This document shows positions 37,350-57,465 of a stretch of 64,000 nucleotides of DNA, one piece after another. The notes beneath the pieces were generated by a model. That model did not search any database, was not told the DNA's origin, and saw only the letters and a list, made by a program, of their open reading frames with translations. The number at the start of each line of letters is the position of its first letter. The first letter of the stretch is position 1. Location: positions 434,001 to 498,000 of the forward strand of contig OZ281498.1 of assembly GCA_965637545.1 (NCBI GenBank), read 5' to 3'. The translations under genes and the position numbers were made by a program. Source of the DNA: Phallusia mammillata (taxonomy: Eukaryota).

Positions 37350-39100
37350 AAACATTACCGTAACTTTAGTAAAGTTCAAGTTTATGGCAAATACCAAAAT
37401 AAATTTTACCTTCGCAATATTTTCGCATTGTAACAGCGCTGGCATTGTGCCGGGGTTGGTCGACGTCTCTCAGCATTCCACGTGCGTTCGCCGCTTGTCG
37501 CTTCATCACTGGTCCCTCCCAACTCCAGCCTGCTGCTTGCGTCTGATCAATATATCATGATAGCAACTTTAGCAATGGTGAATGTTATGAAAAACATAGA
37601 AAGGTAGAGCTACTAACGTGAGAACTAATCAATCACCAATTATTGTCACTATAAACCAGGGGTGTCCAACCTTTTTGGCCAAACTTTTTGGCCAAAGGGC
37701 CACTTGCGGTTTACGAATGATTGCGCGGGCCACTTGAGTGTTACTGCTAATTTGGAATCTTAGAAATAGCTGTCTTAAAATTTTTAATTAAAATCCTCAC
37801 ACCGAAATTCTAATCTTAGAAATGTGTATTATCCTCGTTTACAGTTACAAGAACAATAACACCAATATATAGTTATGTCAACAAAGTTTTTACTACACGT
37901 CGACATTTCAATGTAAAGTTTGGCCCAGTTTTTTTCTAATAAGTTTGGCAATATTCGGTAAGATGGACGATGGAGCAATGCGAAGCGATTTTTCCATATG
38001 GCTGTCAGAAATTACTGATCTTAGAGGGGATTTGAAGTCACATGTCAACCTTTCTTGTAATATTCTGTTAGCGTTACTTGCTTTTTGTTTCCTGTTTGGC
38101 ATAACCTATATCACTGCAGAGTGCGGAAGAAGTCTTAATGATAACTGCGTTTTGCGCGAGTCTCCGATACCAGATGTATCTCAATGAACCAAGAAACATT
38201 ACTGATTGATGACTCTTGAAGCACGAGTCAGATTGTGACGTAACACTGTATAAATTGTGATTCGTGACAATGCGCATTGTGACGCAATAAAAGTAACTTG
38301 AACAGTTGTGTATTACTACTCTGTTAAAAGAGAAATAAAGCAAACAATAAATGCCAACTTTTCGGAATGAAAGTTTGCCATAAATTACGTAGGCGATTAA
38401 GTTGCCAATATAAGTCATTTCAAAAAATACCTCGCGGGCCACTCAAAACCTTCCTGCGGGCCACATGTGGCCCGCGGGCCGCGGGTTGGACACCCCTGCT
38501 ATAAACGCATATGCTCCGTTGCGCCACCTAGCCCAGACCTGGCTACTGTGAGTTCTTATGTTAGTAGTTCCAGCACATACAAAAGTTACCTCAGCAGTCT
38601 GTTCGCATTGTAGCAGCGCTGGCCTTGTTTCGGGGTGTGTGTCTTTCAGCACTGCAGGGTGTTCGCCGCCGGACATCGCTGGTTTCCCTCCCTCCAAAAC
38701 TTCAGCTGATGAAATAAATCACAATGACAACTTCAGCAATGTCAAAGTTTACGGCAAATATACAAAAAATACCTCAGCAGTTTGTTTTCAGTGTAAAGCG
38801 TTGGCCTTGTGTCAGGGATCGGTGTCCCTCAGCACTTGTCGTGTTTGCCGCTTGTCATCGTTGATCTCCCCCATTCAAACTTCAGCTAATCGAATAGATC
38901 ATAATGACAACTTTCTGCAATGGTGAAGTTGATGGCAAATTTACCAAAATACCTCAGGATTTTTTTCGCATTATAACAGAGCTGGCCTTGTACTAGAGTC
39001 GGTGGGTGTCATTCAACGTGTCGCCATTGCTTCTTGTTCCATCGCTGGTTCCCCTCCATTAAACTTCAACCTGTTACTCGCATCTGATCAAATAAACCAC
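37350..39100 (-). repeat. Diverged ~180-bp exon+intron-like repeat, 4 units, split by the 37657 MITE
   Basis: Units at ~37410-37543, 38590-38705, 38773-38885 and 38953-39083 share cattgtaacagcgctggccttgt-like cores. Each is bounded on the minus strand by YAG acceptors and AG|GTA donors. Confidence 0.7.
37657..38498. mobile_element. Non-autonomous hAT-type MITE, 842 bp
   Basis: 15-bp TIR CAGGGGTGTCCAACC/GGTTGGACACCCCTG; perfect 8-bp TSD CTATAAAC; subterminal GCGGGCC motifs. Confidence 0.92.
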
Positions 39101-39989
39101 AAATTACCACAAAATCAAATCTAAAATGATTATATTGACAAATTACAGCCCTGGATTACTGGGCACAACTATACAAGTTAAACAATTATGTCACAACTAC
39201 ATTCACCAGTTGTGGTAATGTAATGGTAGAAATTACAACCAAAACCACTTATTAATTAAACCATCCTCGCTAATAAAACTCGACGCCATCCGCTCCACCA
39301 GTGGCGCTGTTCTTCTGGAACTTTCTTGACGTCATGAACGGTGATTACGTCATCTGTTGTTTGAAACCTTCAGCATTTCGTTCTGATGTGTTCTATGTTA
39401 GTCAGGATAATGTCATTAGTGTGCCGGGCTTCACATTAAACAAGTAACTTACCTTCCACGAAGCGATCGTTTGCGTGTTCCGGTGCTCGGTTGACGTCAT
39501 GCAAATGTGACGAAACTATTATGAAATTGTGCGCGCGGGGGTTTTAATTGTTGCGTCACGTCGATTGTGAAACAAGTTGATCACAATCACATATTAAGAG
39601 ACGACTTACAAAATTTAGCTTGCGCTTGTAACATCCCAGAACTTTGTTTCAAACCGGGCCGTAACGTGAAGAACCGTGCACATCCTTCCCATTACGAGTC
39701 CGGCCAACATAAAATACAAATTGAACAAAAAGAAATAAAGAAAGTGAAAATAAAGAGAAATAAAACGAGACACACACACATGGAGGAAGGTTCTGGGAAT
39801 GTCGTTATTTATTGCGTCATGAATATGTTATTACTTATTAAATCATTTGACCAAAACAATCATAATGTTGTACATTTGCATGACGTCATCGTTTCATGCG
39901 TCATCAATTGCTGGATCAGCAAAATCTAAACATGAAAACAAAAGAACAAAATAAGTGTTGTGATAGTGGTTAAAAAAATGCAATTTACA

Positions 39990-40503
39990 TTACAAGAATT
40001 ACATTACAACCGCCAGTCAAAACAAGGTAAATTTAATCAAACAGCAATTCAACAATGTTGTCGTGAAGTGAAGCGACGTTGCGTTGCAAAGCCAAACAAT
40101 GGTTTGCGCATTGGTTTACATCTCAGTCAGCAGTCAAATTAAGTGTTTTCGCAAAGGGCATTTCGCTTTTGGTCTTTTGACAGGTTGGAATGTTGACGAA
40201 TCAACTTGGTCAAACGCAAGAAGTGGCTTAATTGTACTTGCACGGGTTTGCTTGCAGCATTGTTAGCAGCTGTAACACGACGGATTTGCGTATTCACTCG
40301 TGGTTTGGAGTAGTGGTGATTAAAATTAATCAACTCCTTTATGGAGTCTATTTGTTCCACGGTAACAGATGTGGTAAAAAAAACTTTGCAAGAATTACAT
40401 CACAACCACCAGCCAAAATAAGTTAAATTTAATCAAACAACTATACAATTCAACAATTGTGCTGGAGAGACGTTGCGCTGCAGGGTCAAACAATGGTTTG
40501 CGA
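39990..40503. repeat. Diverged ~120-bp direct duplication (39990-40110 vs 40387-40503)
   Basis: Both share caagaattacat.acaacc.ccag...aaatttaatcaaaca...caattcaacaat...gacgttgcg.tgca...caaacaatggtttgcg. Confidence 0.75.
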
Positions 40504-40853
40504 ACAATCAGCGCGCAGCGTTCATCTCCGAGCAAGGTTTGAATGAATTTCAGGTGTTAACAATCACTTAAATAGTTTTTGTTTTTTGTTGACCACGGCC
40601 AGCCAAATTACTTGTAAGTTATACTGCTTTAATCAATGTTTAACTTGAAAATCAAAACAAGAAATAAATGATGCACAGTCAGCATTTAGATGACCCACAT
40701 GTTAATAGTTATGTTTAAATCGATGCAGAGACCTGCCATAATTTATTTATCTAGACCTTATATTACTTTTGGGCTTCACAAATTCAATCAGTAGCTTTGT
40801 GCAACACCAATAAAACTTATTCAACAACACAACATTGCACAGCAAATCCTCAC

Positions 40854-40970
40854 CTGTGCAAATTCTCCGATTCAATATTTCCCTCTTCTTTCGTCAACTC
40901 CAGGTTAAAATGGCGTCACGAATCCAGGTTTCCAGGTTTTATATAAAACAGGGCGTGACGTCATGCCCCT
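40854..40970 (-). promoter_or_regulatory. Candidate Pol II promoter (perfect CRE + TATA) and first non-coding exon
   Basis: TGACGTCA at 40956-40963 inside a GGGC...GCCC palindrome; TTTTATATAAAA at 40937-40948; strong donor CAG|GTGAGG at 40854/40853. Confidence 0.5.
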
Positions 40971-41413
40971 GATTAAAGCTTTGGCGCGCTCGCAATTAAA
41001 TTATTTGTCGGTCACCTGCCTGAATATTTAGTTCCACTGTATAAAAATCTGCTTACAAAGATGAGAGTAAATGACTTAAGTAAGATAATTACCAATTTCT
41101 CAATGATTTAGTGATTTATTTGGATCAGATTTTTATTGTATTTATGATCTGTAAATCAACTACCGACAATTTTAATCCAAAAGTAAAAGTTTTTTGTGGC
41201 AAATATTTGTCAAAAAACAGTGGAATACTTCGATACGTTGCTTTCGTGAAATTTGGTTGATTCAGTTCTTAATTCACCAATATCATGCAATTGATTTGTT
41301 CTTAAACCGGATTTTAACAACAAAACAAAAATTCCAGTACATTTCGAAACATGTAAAATTCTTGGGTTTTTGTCTGACTCAAATGTCAGACGGCAAACAT
41401 TTGCGGTTTATTT

Positions 41414-41500
41414 GCGGGGTTCGAACCCAGGAGGGCATGAATTCCGATCGGATTTTATGCCCTCGTTCCAAGCGTCTTTTACCACTCGACCAAGTGGTTG
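41414..41500 (-). mobile_element. tRNA-derived SINE-like head (Pol III A and B boxes)
   Basis: The minus strand reads TGGTCGAGTGG ... GGGTTCGAACCCCG, with an insert related to the 60867 element. I could not fold a complete cloverleaf. Confidence 0.6.
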
Positions 41501-41549
41501 TAGAGCTCTTGAGCGGTAAATGAAGATAATTTATTTTTGTTCAGACAAA

Positions 41550-41617
41550 CCTATATTTACAGACATAAAAAACATGATTGGGATTCGTCCCCGGCAGCTT
41601 CCTGGGTTAAACCCCGT
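41550..41617 (+). mobile_element. 5'-truncated tRNA-derived SINE-like fragment
   Basis: ACAGACATAAAAAACATGATTGGGATTCGTCC...CCTGGGTTAAACCCCGT matches the reverse complement of ~60868-60926. Confidence 0.6.
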
Positions 41618-42037
41618 ACAAACATAAACACTCTATTGTCCTGTCTGGATTATTGAAGGCGCACGCATGAACACCGTGATCTATTGTTGCAGGTTCTGGG
41701 TTTGAACCCAAGGAAAAAAACTCACATTTATTCAGCGATAGATGTTTTACTTTATGTTGTCTTGCAACTGAAAACAAACTTAGGGGCCAAAATTCTGTTT
41801 TACGCAAACACGCACCAATAACGTGTGTAATACAAATAAAAGGTAACACAGTTACTAAAGATAAATATTAATCCATAAAATTGTGAAACAATTGTCGTTA
41901 CGCCCCGCAAGTTTTATTGTTTTTGTGTTTTAGTTTTACCATACCTCATGCGGATAACGTCATACAAGGAATACCTCTTCCAGCTTGGCAAATTGCAAAA
42001 TAACGAAATAACTCTGTTAAAAAACGAGAAAAAAAAG

Positions 42038-42123
42038 GAAAATCAGCATGTTTGTAGCAGGAAAGAAAAATCAGCATGTTTGTAGCAGGAAAGAAAAATC
42101 AGCATGTTTGTAGCAGGAAAGAA
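42038..42123. repeat. 28-bp tandem repeat x3
   Basis: Unit GAAAAATCAGCATGTTTGTAGCAGGAAA, with the core TCAGCATG at 42043, 42071 and 42099. Confidence 0.92.
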
Positions 42124-42305
42124 CAACTACATTTGTCTGTTTGTACGCATTGACGTAACAGTGGTTTAAGAGGTCATTCGCTTTTCACTCGTTTCAGCTC
42201 ATAAAAACTTGTTTATCGTTTCTTTATTTCTCAGGAATTGTTTGCGAAAATACGTTAAAAGCGAAGAAAATCTTGCGGCTGTTTTAAACATTTTTTAGTC
42301 CACAT

Positions 42306-42863
42306 TAGGGCTGTTATCAAATAAAGGTTTTTAATTTTTCAAATAATCAAATAATTTTTTTCCCTTCAAATCAAATAATTCAAATAATTTAGAATACCGG
42401 ATGCATAAGGCCCAGAGTTATTATTAAAAAAAGGTGGTTGAAAAAAATCAAGGCTACATTTTTTTCTGTTTAAAATAATAATTAGTACAGATAGAGACCT
42501 GTTTCAATTAATCTCTGTAATTTTGCAAAAGCACATGAACATATTCAGTGTGTATTTTTACACCATTGCAACAGCTTTTTCTTGGATAATGGCTGAATTG
42601 AATTGTGATCTATACCATTTTAATCACTTGCATGAAAAACTTGAATTATTCCTGGGTGTAACTAATACCGGAATGAACAGTAAATTGTCATGCTTTTTTG
42701 TCTAATATTTTTGGGGGAAAGGGTAATGAAAATTAATGTAAAGCTGAAAACATATGTTTAAGTGCTTCTGTGTTACCGCAATTCCATAACAATGTCATCA
42801 ATGTGTTCAAATAAATTGATAATTTCAAACAATCAAATAATTATTTGTTTGATAACAGCCCTA
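42306..42863. mobile_element. Non-autonomous hAT-type MITE, 558 bp
   Basis: TIR TAGGGCTGTTATCAAA/TTTGATAACAGCCCTA; perfect 8-bp TSD GTCCACAT; subterminal TCAAATAAT repeats. Confidence 0.92.
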
Positions 42864-42984
42864 GTCCACATGTTATCAACGAAATCTAATATCAGCGGGG
42901 ATTTAATGTTATTCATTAACTAATACATTGAAAACAACGTGATTTTGAAATTACTTTCGCTGCATCGACAGTGCCCGCTGCTTT

Positions 42985-43186
42985 CACTGTGATGTCACAA
43001 GCAGTGTTGTGACACCTAATGCGCAGTAACAGCAAGGGCTTTGTCACCTAACAGTGTGAAAGTTGTAATTTGTATCGAGCGATGACAAGGGCAGCGTTGA
43101 AAGTCACACGAGCGTGGAAGAAGTCTATATAAACCTGAGTGAGGGTTGTGGTAGCATTAGTCTAGTCGACTACAAGCAACTGTAAG
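42985..43186 (+). promoter_or_regulatory. Myosin copy 4 promoter (T-box-like half-sites, TATA) and unique non-coding exon 1
   Basis: TAGGTGTCA (minus) at 43010-43018, TAGGTGACA (minus) at 43042-43050, AGTGTGAA at 43053-43060; TATATAAA at 43126-43133; donor AAG|GTAAGG at 43186/43187; acceptor TTGCAG at 43730, 18 nt before the ATG. Confidence 0.65.
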
Positions 43187-43748
43187 GTAAGGTTTGTTTA
43201 CTAAGTGTTCTTAAAATGTAGAGAACACAGAATGTTTAAAAAGTTGATAAGATGGAAAACGCGCCGTGTAAAACAAGAAGCTTCAAATTCACAATTTTAA
43301 TCAGCAAAATAGTAAAAGCTTTCATATAAACGTTTGCTGTTATCAAGTTTATTGCGCAAGTTTGTTTATTTGGGATATGACATTGAACCTGTCAAGCAAC
43401 AGAGAGTAGAATGCTGTAGCAACACACCACAGTGTTTATCCTCTAAAGCAAACTTGACAGCATTTCACTATTACTAAGAATGGAAAGCATTTTCCAAGTT
43501 ACGAAATCCGTCAATGAATTAAATGGAATATAGATATTTCGCCTAATGGCATCATCAGTTCCTATAAAAACCACAAGATAATACATCAATAAAAGGAAAA
43601 GAAAAGTAAAAACACAACAAAACAAAGTGAGACGAAAACACTAAACTGAAAACAGAACACTACATTTCACTATTAAAAAGGTTTTAATCGATCTACAAAA
43701 TCTGTTTTCAAAAAAGTTTATTTCTTGCAGCTTAATTCAAAACCAAAC

Positions 43749-51953
<8,205 letters not shown>

Positions 51954-52355
51954 TTTCGAGCGGAAATCGGAAACCTACTCTGACGAATGCCTCAACTTTG
52001 TTTACTGTTTACGTTTTACTATCTTTCTTACTTGCATGAATAAAATATTACAATCAACACAATCTGTTGTGCGAATTAATATTCCAGGCAAAATACAGCA
52101 TATTGGCTAGGAGCAAACAGACAACTATCAGATACAGAGCAGAGTACATATGACTCGTAAAAAGTTAGTGTTAAGGCAACTAAGGTTATGTGCGAAAGAG
52201 GTACAAAACCCAAATACATGGAATTGCAAAAGGAGCACCAAATATGGTTGCTCATTTGATTGTGAACAGAGCAAACTTTTGTGTACATTACAAAAAAGGT
52301 ACATGAATAAATTTTAAATACATGTGCGGAGCTGTTGTTTGGCAACATTGTAACA

Positions 52356-55300
52356 TCAATTATCACTTTCAATGGAACGACTCCCTGAAGATGTTATCCT
52401 CTGTCGTATTGATTCATGTGATAGTTTTCTAACGAAAAGATGAAACACATTATGTCCACAAACAGAAATAGGCCCACCCTAACATCACTATAACTTGACT
52501 TCGAAAATAATACCTTCGTAGTTGAAACTAAATAGTTGATATTCTAATTGTATATTAAAGTTTAATGTACATTACATAGCAATCATTAAAACAACATGAC
52601 AATAAAATGTTTTAAATGGGAGCAGCTAATTGTTTTCGGTTCACACGTTTTCAACCAACTAAAAGCCACAACCAAGCAAAAAGTACTGAGAGTCATGATA
52701 TCTCAACTATATAATACATAGATGTTCAGGTGCAGAGTTCAAAGTCAAAGTTTGGCTACTTTGAAAAACACTTTACCTGTTTTTGTACAACTTCACTTCA
52801 TCATCACGAACAAGTGGAAGTAGAAGAAGATTTGTTTCCGGATCTTCCACACATCTTTTAATAAGTTCCAAATATGTCAAGTTCTCATTTGTATTGGGGT
52901 CCAAAAATCCCTTGGTGTCATCACTTGGGTCATCTAAAGTCTGGTGAAGCCGTTCATCAAATAAACCTTTGAATATCAACAAACACAGAAATCTAGAACA
53001 ATTCACCGAGACAAACCAGGAAAATACAAAAAAGACGTAACTAAGAATTGTAAATTTTGAAATATGCACAACATTAGCACTTAAAAATGTTTATGTGAAC
53101 ATGAGTAATTACTTGTGACACTTACCTCGCTCAAATGCAACCTCTACTGGCAATCGATGATTAGCAACCGGATCAATGATGCCTCCGGTGGCGATTTGTG
53201 CTTCCAGCAATCGAATTCCATGGTTCTCAACAATCAGCCCCTACACCAATATAAGCACAACAATAATTAAACGTATATAATTCCCAATAAGTAACATTTT
53301 GTCCTGCATCGATAAAAAAGTTAAATAGAAAAGACTCACTCTTTTCATTGCTTGAAACAAAGACAACTTTTCATCAGACCCACGTGGAGTGTAACCGGTA
53401 ACAGCTCGCTGAGCACGCACCAAAACTGCTGCAAATGCTCGATCGAGTAAGTTGTGTTCAAGTGCCTCCTCTACTGACATCTTATCGTCAGTTATCGGAT
53501 CAATAATACTCCCGACAGCTGCTTGAGCTTCAAGCAAGCTCAATGCGGTACCTGAAAACATCCAAGGCAAAATTAGGCAAAACAACAGTAAATAAGTTTA
53601 GTGGTTGACTGTGAAAAATACAACCATGATCAGATTTGTAAGCTATAGTTCTCAGAAATGTACAGTACATACAAAATGTAACAGTTAGCTCAGAAATAAA
53701 GAGACATATACAGACATGTACAGTGCATACAAAATGGTACAGTAAACATAGAAATGTACAGTTCTCTTAGAAATAAACAGTGTGTCGCAAACAGAATTGT
53801 ACTGTACACAGACATGTAATATATATACAAAAATGTACAGTATTTTCAAAAAGTAAAGTAAGCACAGAAATTCATACCTCTAGAAATAATTCGCTGTTTG
53901 TGTGCGTCAAATAAAGACATCTTTTGCCCAGTTTGGTCATTAAATATTCCTGCAATTGGATATTGGCCAATCAGGAAAGGTCTCAGCTCTCTTTCCACCT
54001 CTTCCTCAGTAATCTAAACAAATTTAACATTTGCCATTACAACAAATAAAACTAAAAAAATGACGCAATAGGTAAACTTTGGAACACTATATAACGATCT
54101 GTTCATAAGTTTATAGTATAAGGCCCAAATAGTACCGGCCCAAATAAACAGCATTTACCAAAACGTTTAAACTTTAATATACAAGTAATCTCCAATGTTT
54201 AAACACACCCAATGTTAAAGCTTCCAGTGTTTAAAACACAAACTTACCACTTGTTCTTCGAGTTCAACAACTCTTGATTCTTCTATGACTTTTGCACGAA
54301 TCAAGTCCTGCAGTTTCACAGTCTTCCTCCATCCCGATTTAAACACAATATCATCACGAGATTTCCTTCTCTCTAGGGTTCGAGGGGGAGCACTTTTCTG
54401 CACATTTGCGTTCACTAGAGGGGGTACTAGATCCTCCACACCCTCTTCTTTGATAGCATCAGCTTTTCAAAAACATACATATTTTTTTTACTTTTCAGGC
54501 ATTAGATAGACTTAAAAAATAAAGCTCTAATTATCAAAATGTTTTGAAAAAAATGCAAGATTTGTGATTTACTGCTGTTTAAAAGCTTTAAATCTGTTGG
54601 TCTAAAATAAATTTAAAACACTTGAAATTAGTGCTAAAAGCTTTTTATTGTTACCAGACATCAATGTATTCATATAAAGGTCCATTCAGTAATCAAAGCT
54701 GAAAACCACTGGTATAAAGATATTAATTGAACAAAAATAGTCACAGAACAAACCATTCGATGTTTTGGAATCAGTTTCGGTCCCAATTTTTCCATCATTC
54801 TCTGTCAGTTTTCCCTCTGCTTCAATAAGCACATCATATTCCTGTCAATAAAAGCAAAATTGATAGGAACTGAGCACCACTAAATGATTATTTCATTACG
54901 GGGAGAAACAATATAGAAATATGCAAAGAATTACAGAGTTGTAATTACAAGTACTTAAAACAAAAAGATACATTGTGATCACTTGAATGGTTTGTGGCTT
55001 TAGCATTAAATTCAAAATAATGCACTATGATCACTTGTACAGTGTGAAGTACTCCAAACACCCCAACTTAAAAACAGGAAATTTACACACCTTTTTAATC
55101 AACACAACCACATCTTCCGTTTGGGTGCTTGTATCTTTATGTTGCTTGGATTCTGGAAAAATATTTCGTTAAACCTTGATTGAATTACAATCCACCCACA
55201 GCAACATGTCTAACCTTGAGTGGCTTCAGTTTCATGTGCAACATTGTCATATCCGATAATCTTCCTTTCAACATCCTTTGTTGTACCTAAAAATATATAT

Positions 55301-57465
55301 TTCATTTATAAAAAATAAGCAAATACATTAAACCAAAACACAAAAATACAAATGCGTATATACGTTAAATATCTTTGTTAAATATATAAAAGTTTTTAGC
55401 CACAAAACTAAAGCAAAAACAGAGCTTGGATTTGCACTAACTAATAAAAACACAAATTCGATTATCCCTACTTTGTTTTGAGCCGAATTATTACTCAAGA
55501 CTGGGTAAAATTACCAATACTTTTAAGTAAGCACTAAAAACTTCAATTTTTATTTGCATTTAGTACTTTGCAGGCTGCAGGCAACCGTGTTTGCAGCAAA
55601 CAAAGTCAACAATCAAGAAACCTTTATCTGTTACATTTGCTCAATGAAGTGTGACCAAATGCGATCTAGCGTTACGCGCGCAAAAATCACTAGAGCGAAA
55701 CAAGTAAGTACAACAAGAGCTTTGGAAACTCTTCAATAAAAGGAAACAATTTTGACAGACAAAATCTTGAAAGAATTTCTTACGATGTTTCCACAAAAAT
55801 CGAAGCAGCAATAGAACAGCAAGCAAATCCACCAAAGCGATAAAGGCGATTAAATCGAGGAAGAACTCCAAATATCCGGGGCCATAATTAAAATTCAACA
55901 AATATGTCATGTTGCTTATGAAAACTGCAATTGAGATATCAAGAAGCATGTCACTTGCACTAAAAATCCAGGTGTCACTAAACAACTGCCTTGCCACATG
56001 TAGTACGCTATCAAAACTTGGAACTAACGACATTAAACAATGCAAATTCATCTCTGGTGGCTGATACACTGGCAAACTACCACTAAGTTCGTCATACCAA
56101 CAAGGCGCTGTTTCGAACATAAATGCGTCTTCATAATTCCCATGGGTGTTCGCGCAGTCGTGCTGCGGTCAATCAACGCTAATATTCCAGAATGCCTGAC
56201 AACAACATCTAACAAATATATTGGCTTGAAACCCGGCCTATTCGACTTAATCCAATTCACACCACAACTTAAGTTTTGGGGCCTGTTCATTTTCGCCGCA
56301 AACCACAGGCAGCCAGTGTTCCCTCATGTGTTTACGTAATAGGCCGATTCGGCGAATCGTCACGCAAAAACGCAGATCGAACCTTGAGACCAAACCAAGC
56401 GGAAAATGGTCGGCCTGCGCCTGACAGGTTGGGGTTTACCGCAGTTCATACAATACTAGTGTAACGCGAAAACTCCATTCAAATTTCTACTCGCCGACTG
56501 AGCCATTTTTAGGAGTTCTTCGCCTATTCACAATGACAATGGGTCAACATTTGCTTGTTCACGGACAAAAGAATCTAGAATGACTTTGTTCACCAAATAT
56601 CTCGCAATGTTTGGCGCAATTCACGCATGACAGGCACCAGTAATTTTAAGCCTATAAGTGTTTACCTCTTGTAAAGTAGAAAGAGCAAGGAATTATCCAA
56701 ACTCAGAGCATTTGAGAACTAGTAATGAGGCCGTTAGTCAGATGTTTCATATTTACCAGCACAATAACAGTATGTTTCTGTATTATAAGCGATGGTCCAA
56801 CGCTTTGTATTCACCTTTAACCCAGTGAATTTGTGCCGCGAAATGTAAGAGACCAATAAACGTCTCATGTTCTAAAGCTTGACGACAAAATATGAGTGTA
56901 TATGACAACTCTAAATCTTTATTTTTACATTATTTGTTCCAAAAGCAGTTTGTAACAATACAGAAAAATTGAAAAAGTATTTCTTTAGCCTAATATTTTT
57001 GTGATTTTAAACCATGAAGTGTGTTTCGAACAATAGTTTAGTTTGTTCGTGGTCATATACTTTGTAACTGACCCGGCTATTTCGGGTCTAACGTTTACAC
57101 TAGCTGAGAGAAATTTGCCCTACAGCAGTTAGGTTTATCACAGTGAAAACACGGTTTATTGCGGTACTCGGAATTCCTGTGTAAATATTGCCAACGGCGA
57201 TCACAATAAAAATTCGACAAAACACGAACTAATGCAAAGCAGAAATACTAAACTTACCTTTATTTGTTCGCCAGTAACGGCGAGCAGCTAGAAAGATTGC
57301 AACCAACGTGAGGAACACTGCCATAGCCACCATTGCGCCGCCGACGATGTACGGTGTAACTGGTTGATTAGAAGTAAGTTGGCCGCGAACTTGTAAAACA
57401 CAGCTCAACACCGCCACACAGCGGTAATAACCAAAAAACTTTTTGTTCGCGAAAAATAAATCCAT
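52356..57465 (-). CDS. Plakin-repeat-domain (desmoplakin/plectin PRD-B-like) protein, predicted single-pass membrane protein of ~456 aa, 10 exons
   Basis: Exons 57465-57258, 55286-55215, 55152-55091, 54841-54754, 54462-54248, 54013-53878, 53551-53340, 53240-53126, 52966-52777 and 52428-52356 are all phase-compatible (1371 nt). Plectin-repeat signatures: [52 protein letters not shown]. The PRD exons are high confidence; linkage of the TM exon over a ~2-kb intron is inferred. Confidence 0.75.
53630..53870. repeat. Degenerate ~19-20-bp minisatellite in an intron
   Basis: Recurrent agaaatgtacagtacatac-like units. Confidence 0.6.

Noticed and set aside
37908-38442. ORFs including a hydrophobic 80-aa peptide (37945-38187)
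   Set aside because: They lie inside the TSD-bounded MITE and show no transposase motifs.
37334-39452. snoRNA host gene interpretation of the repeated-exon unit
   Set aside because: The introns are mostly too short and lack properly placed C (RTGATGA) and D (CTGA) boxes.
41414-41500. Possible true tRNA gene (also 60867-60968)
   Set aside because: A and B boxes are present, but there is no convincing acceptor or anticodon stem, and truncated relatives exist, favouring a SINE.
42038-42123. CRISPR-like 28-bp repeats
   Set aside because: The repeats are head-to-tail with no spacers, the context is eukaryotic and there are no cas genes.
55641-56120. 159-aa hydrophobic minus-strand ORF
   Set aside because: No ATG at the listed start, no recognisable domain and no convincing splice connection to the plakin-domain gene; probably the shadow of an A-rich plus strand.
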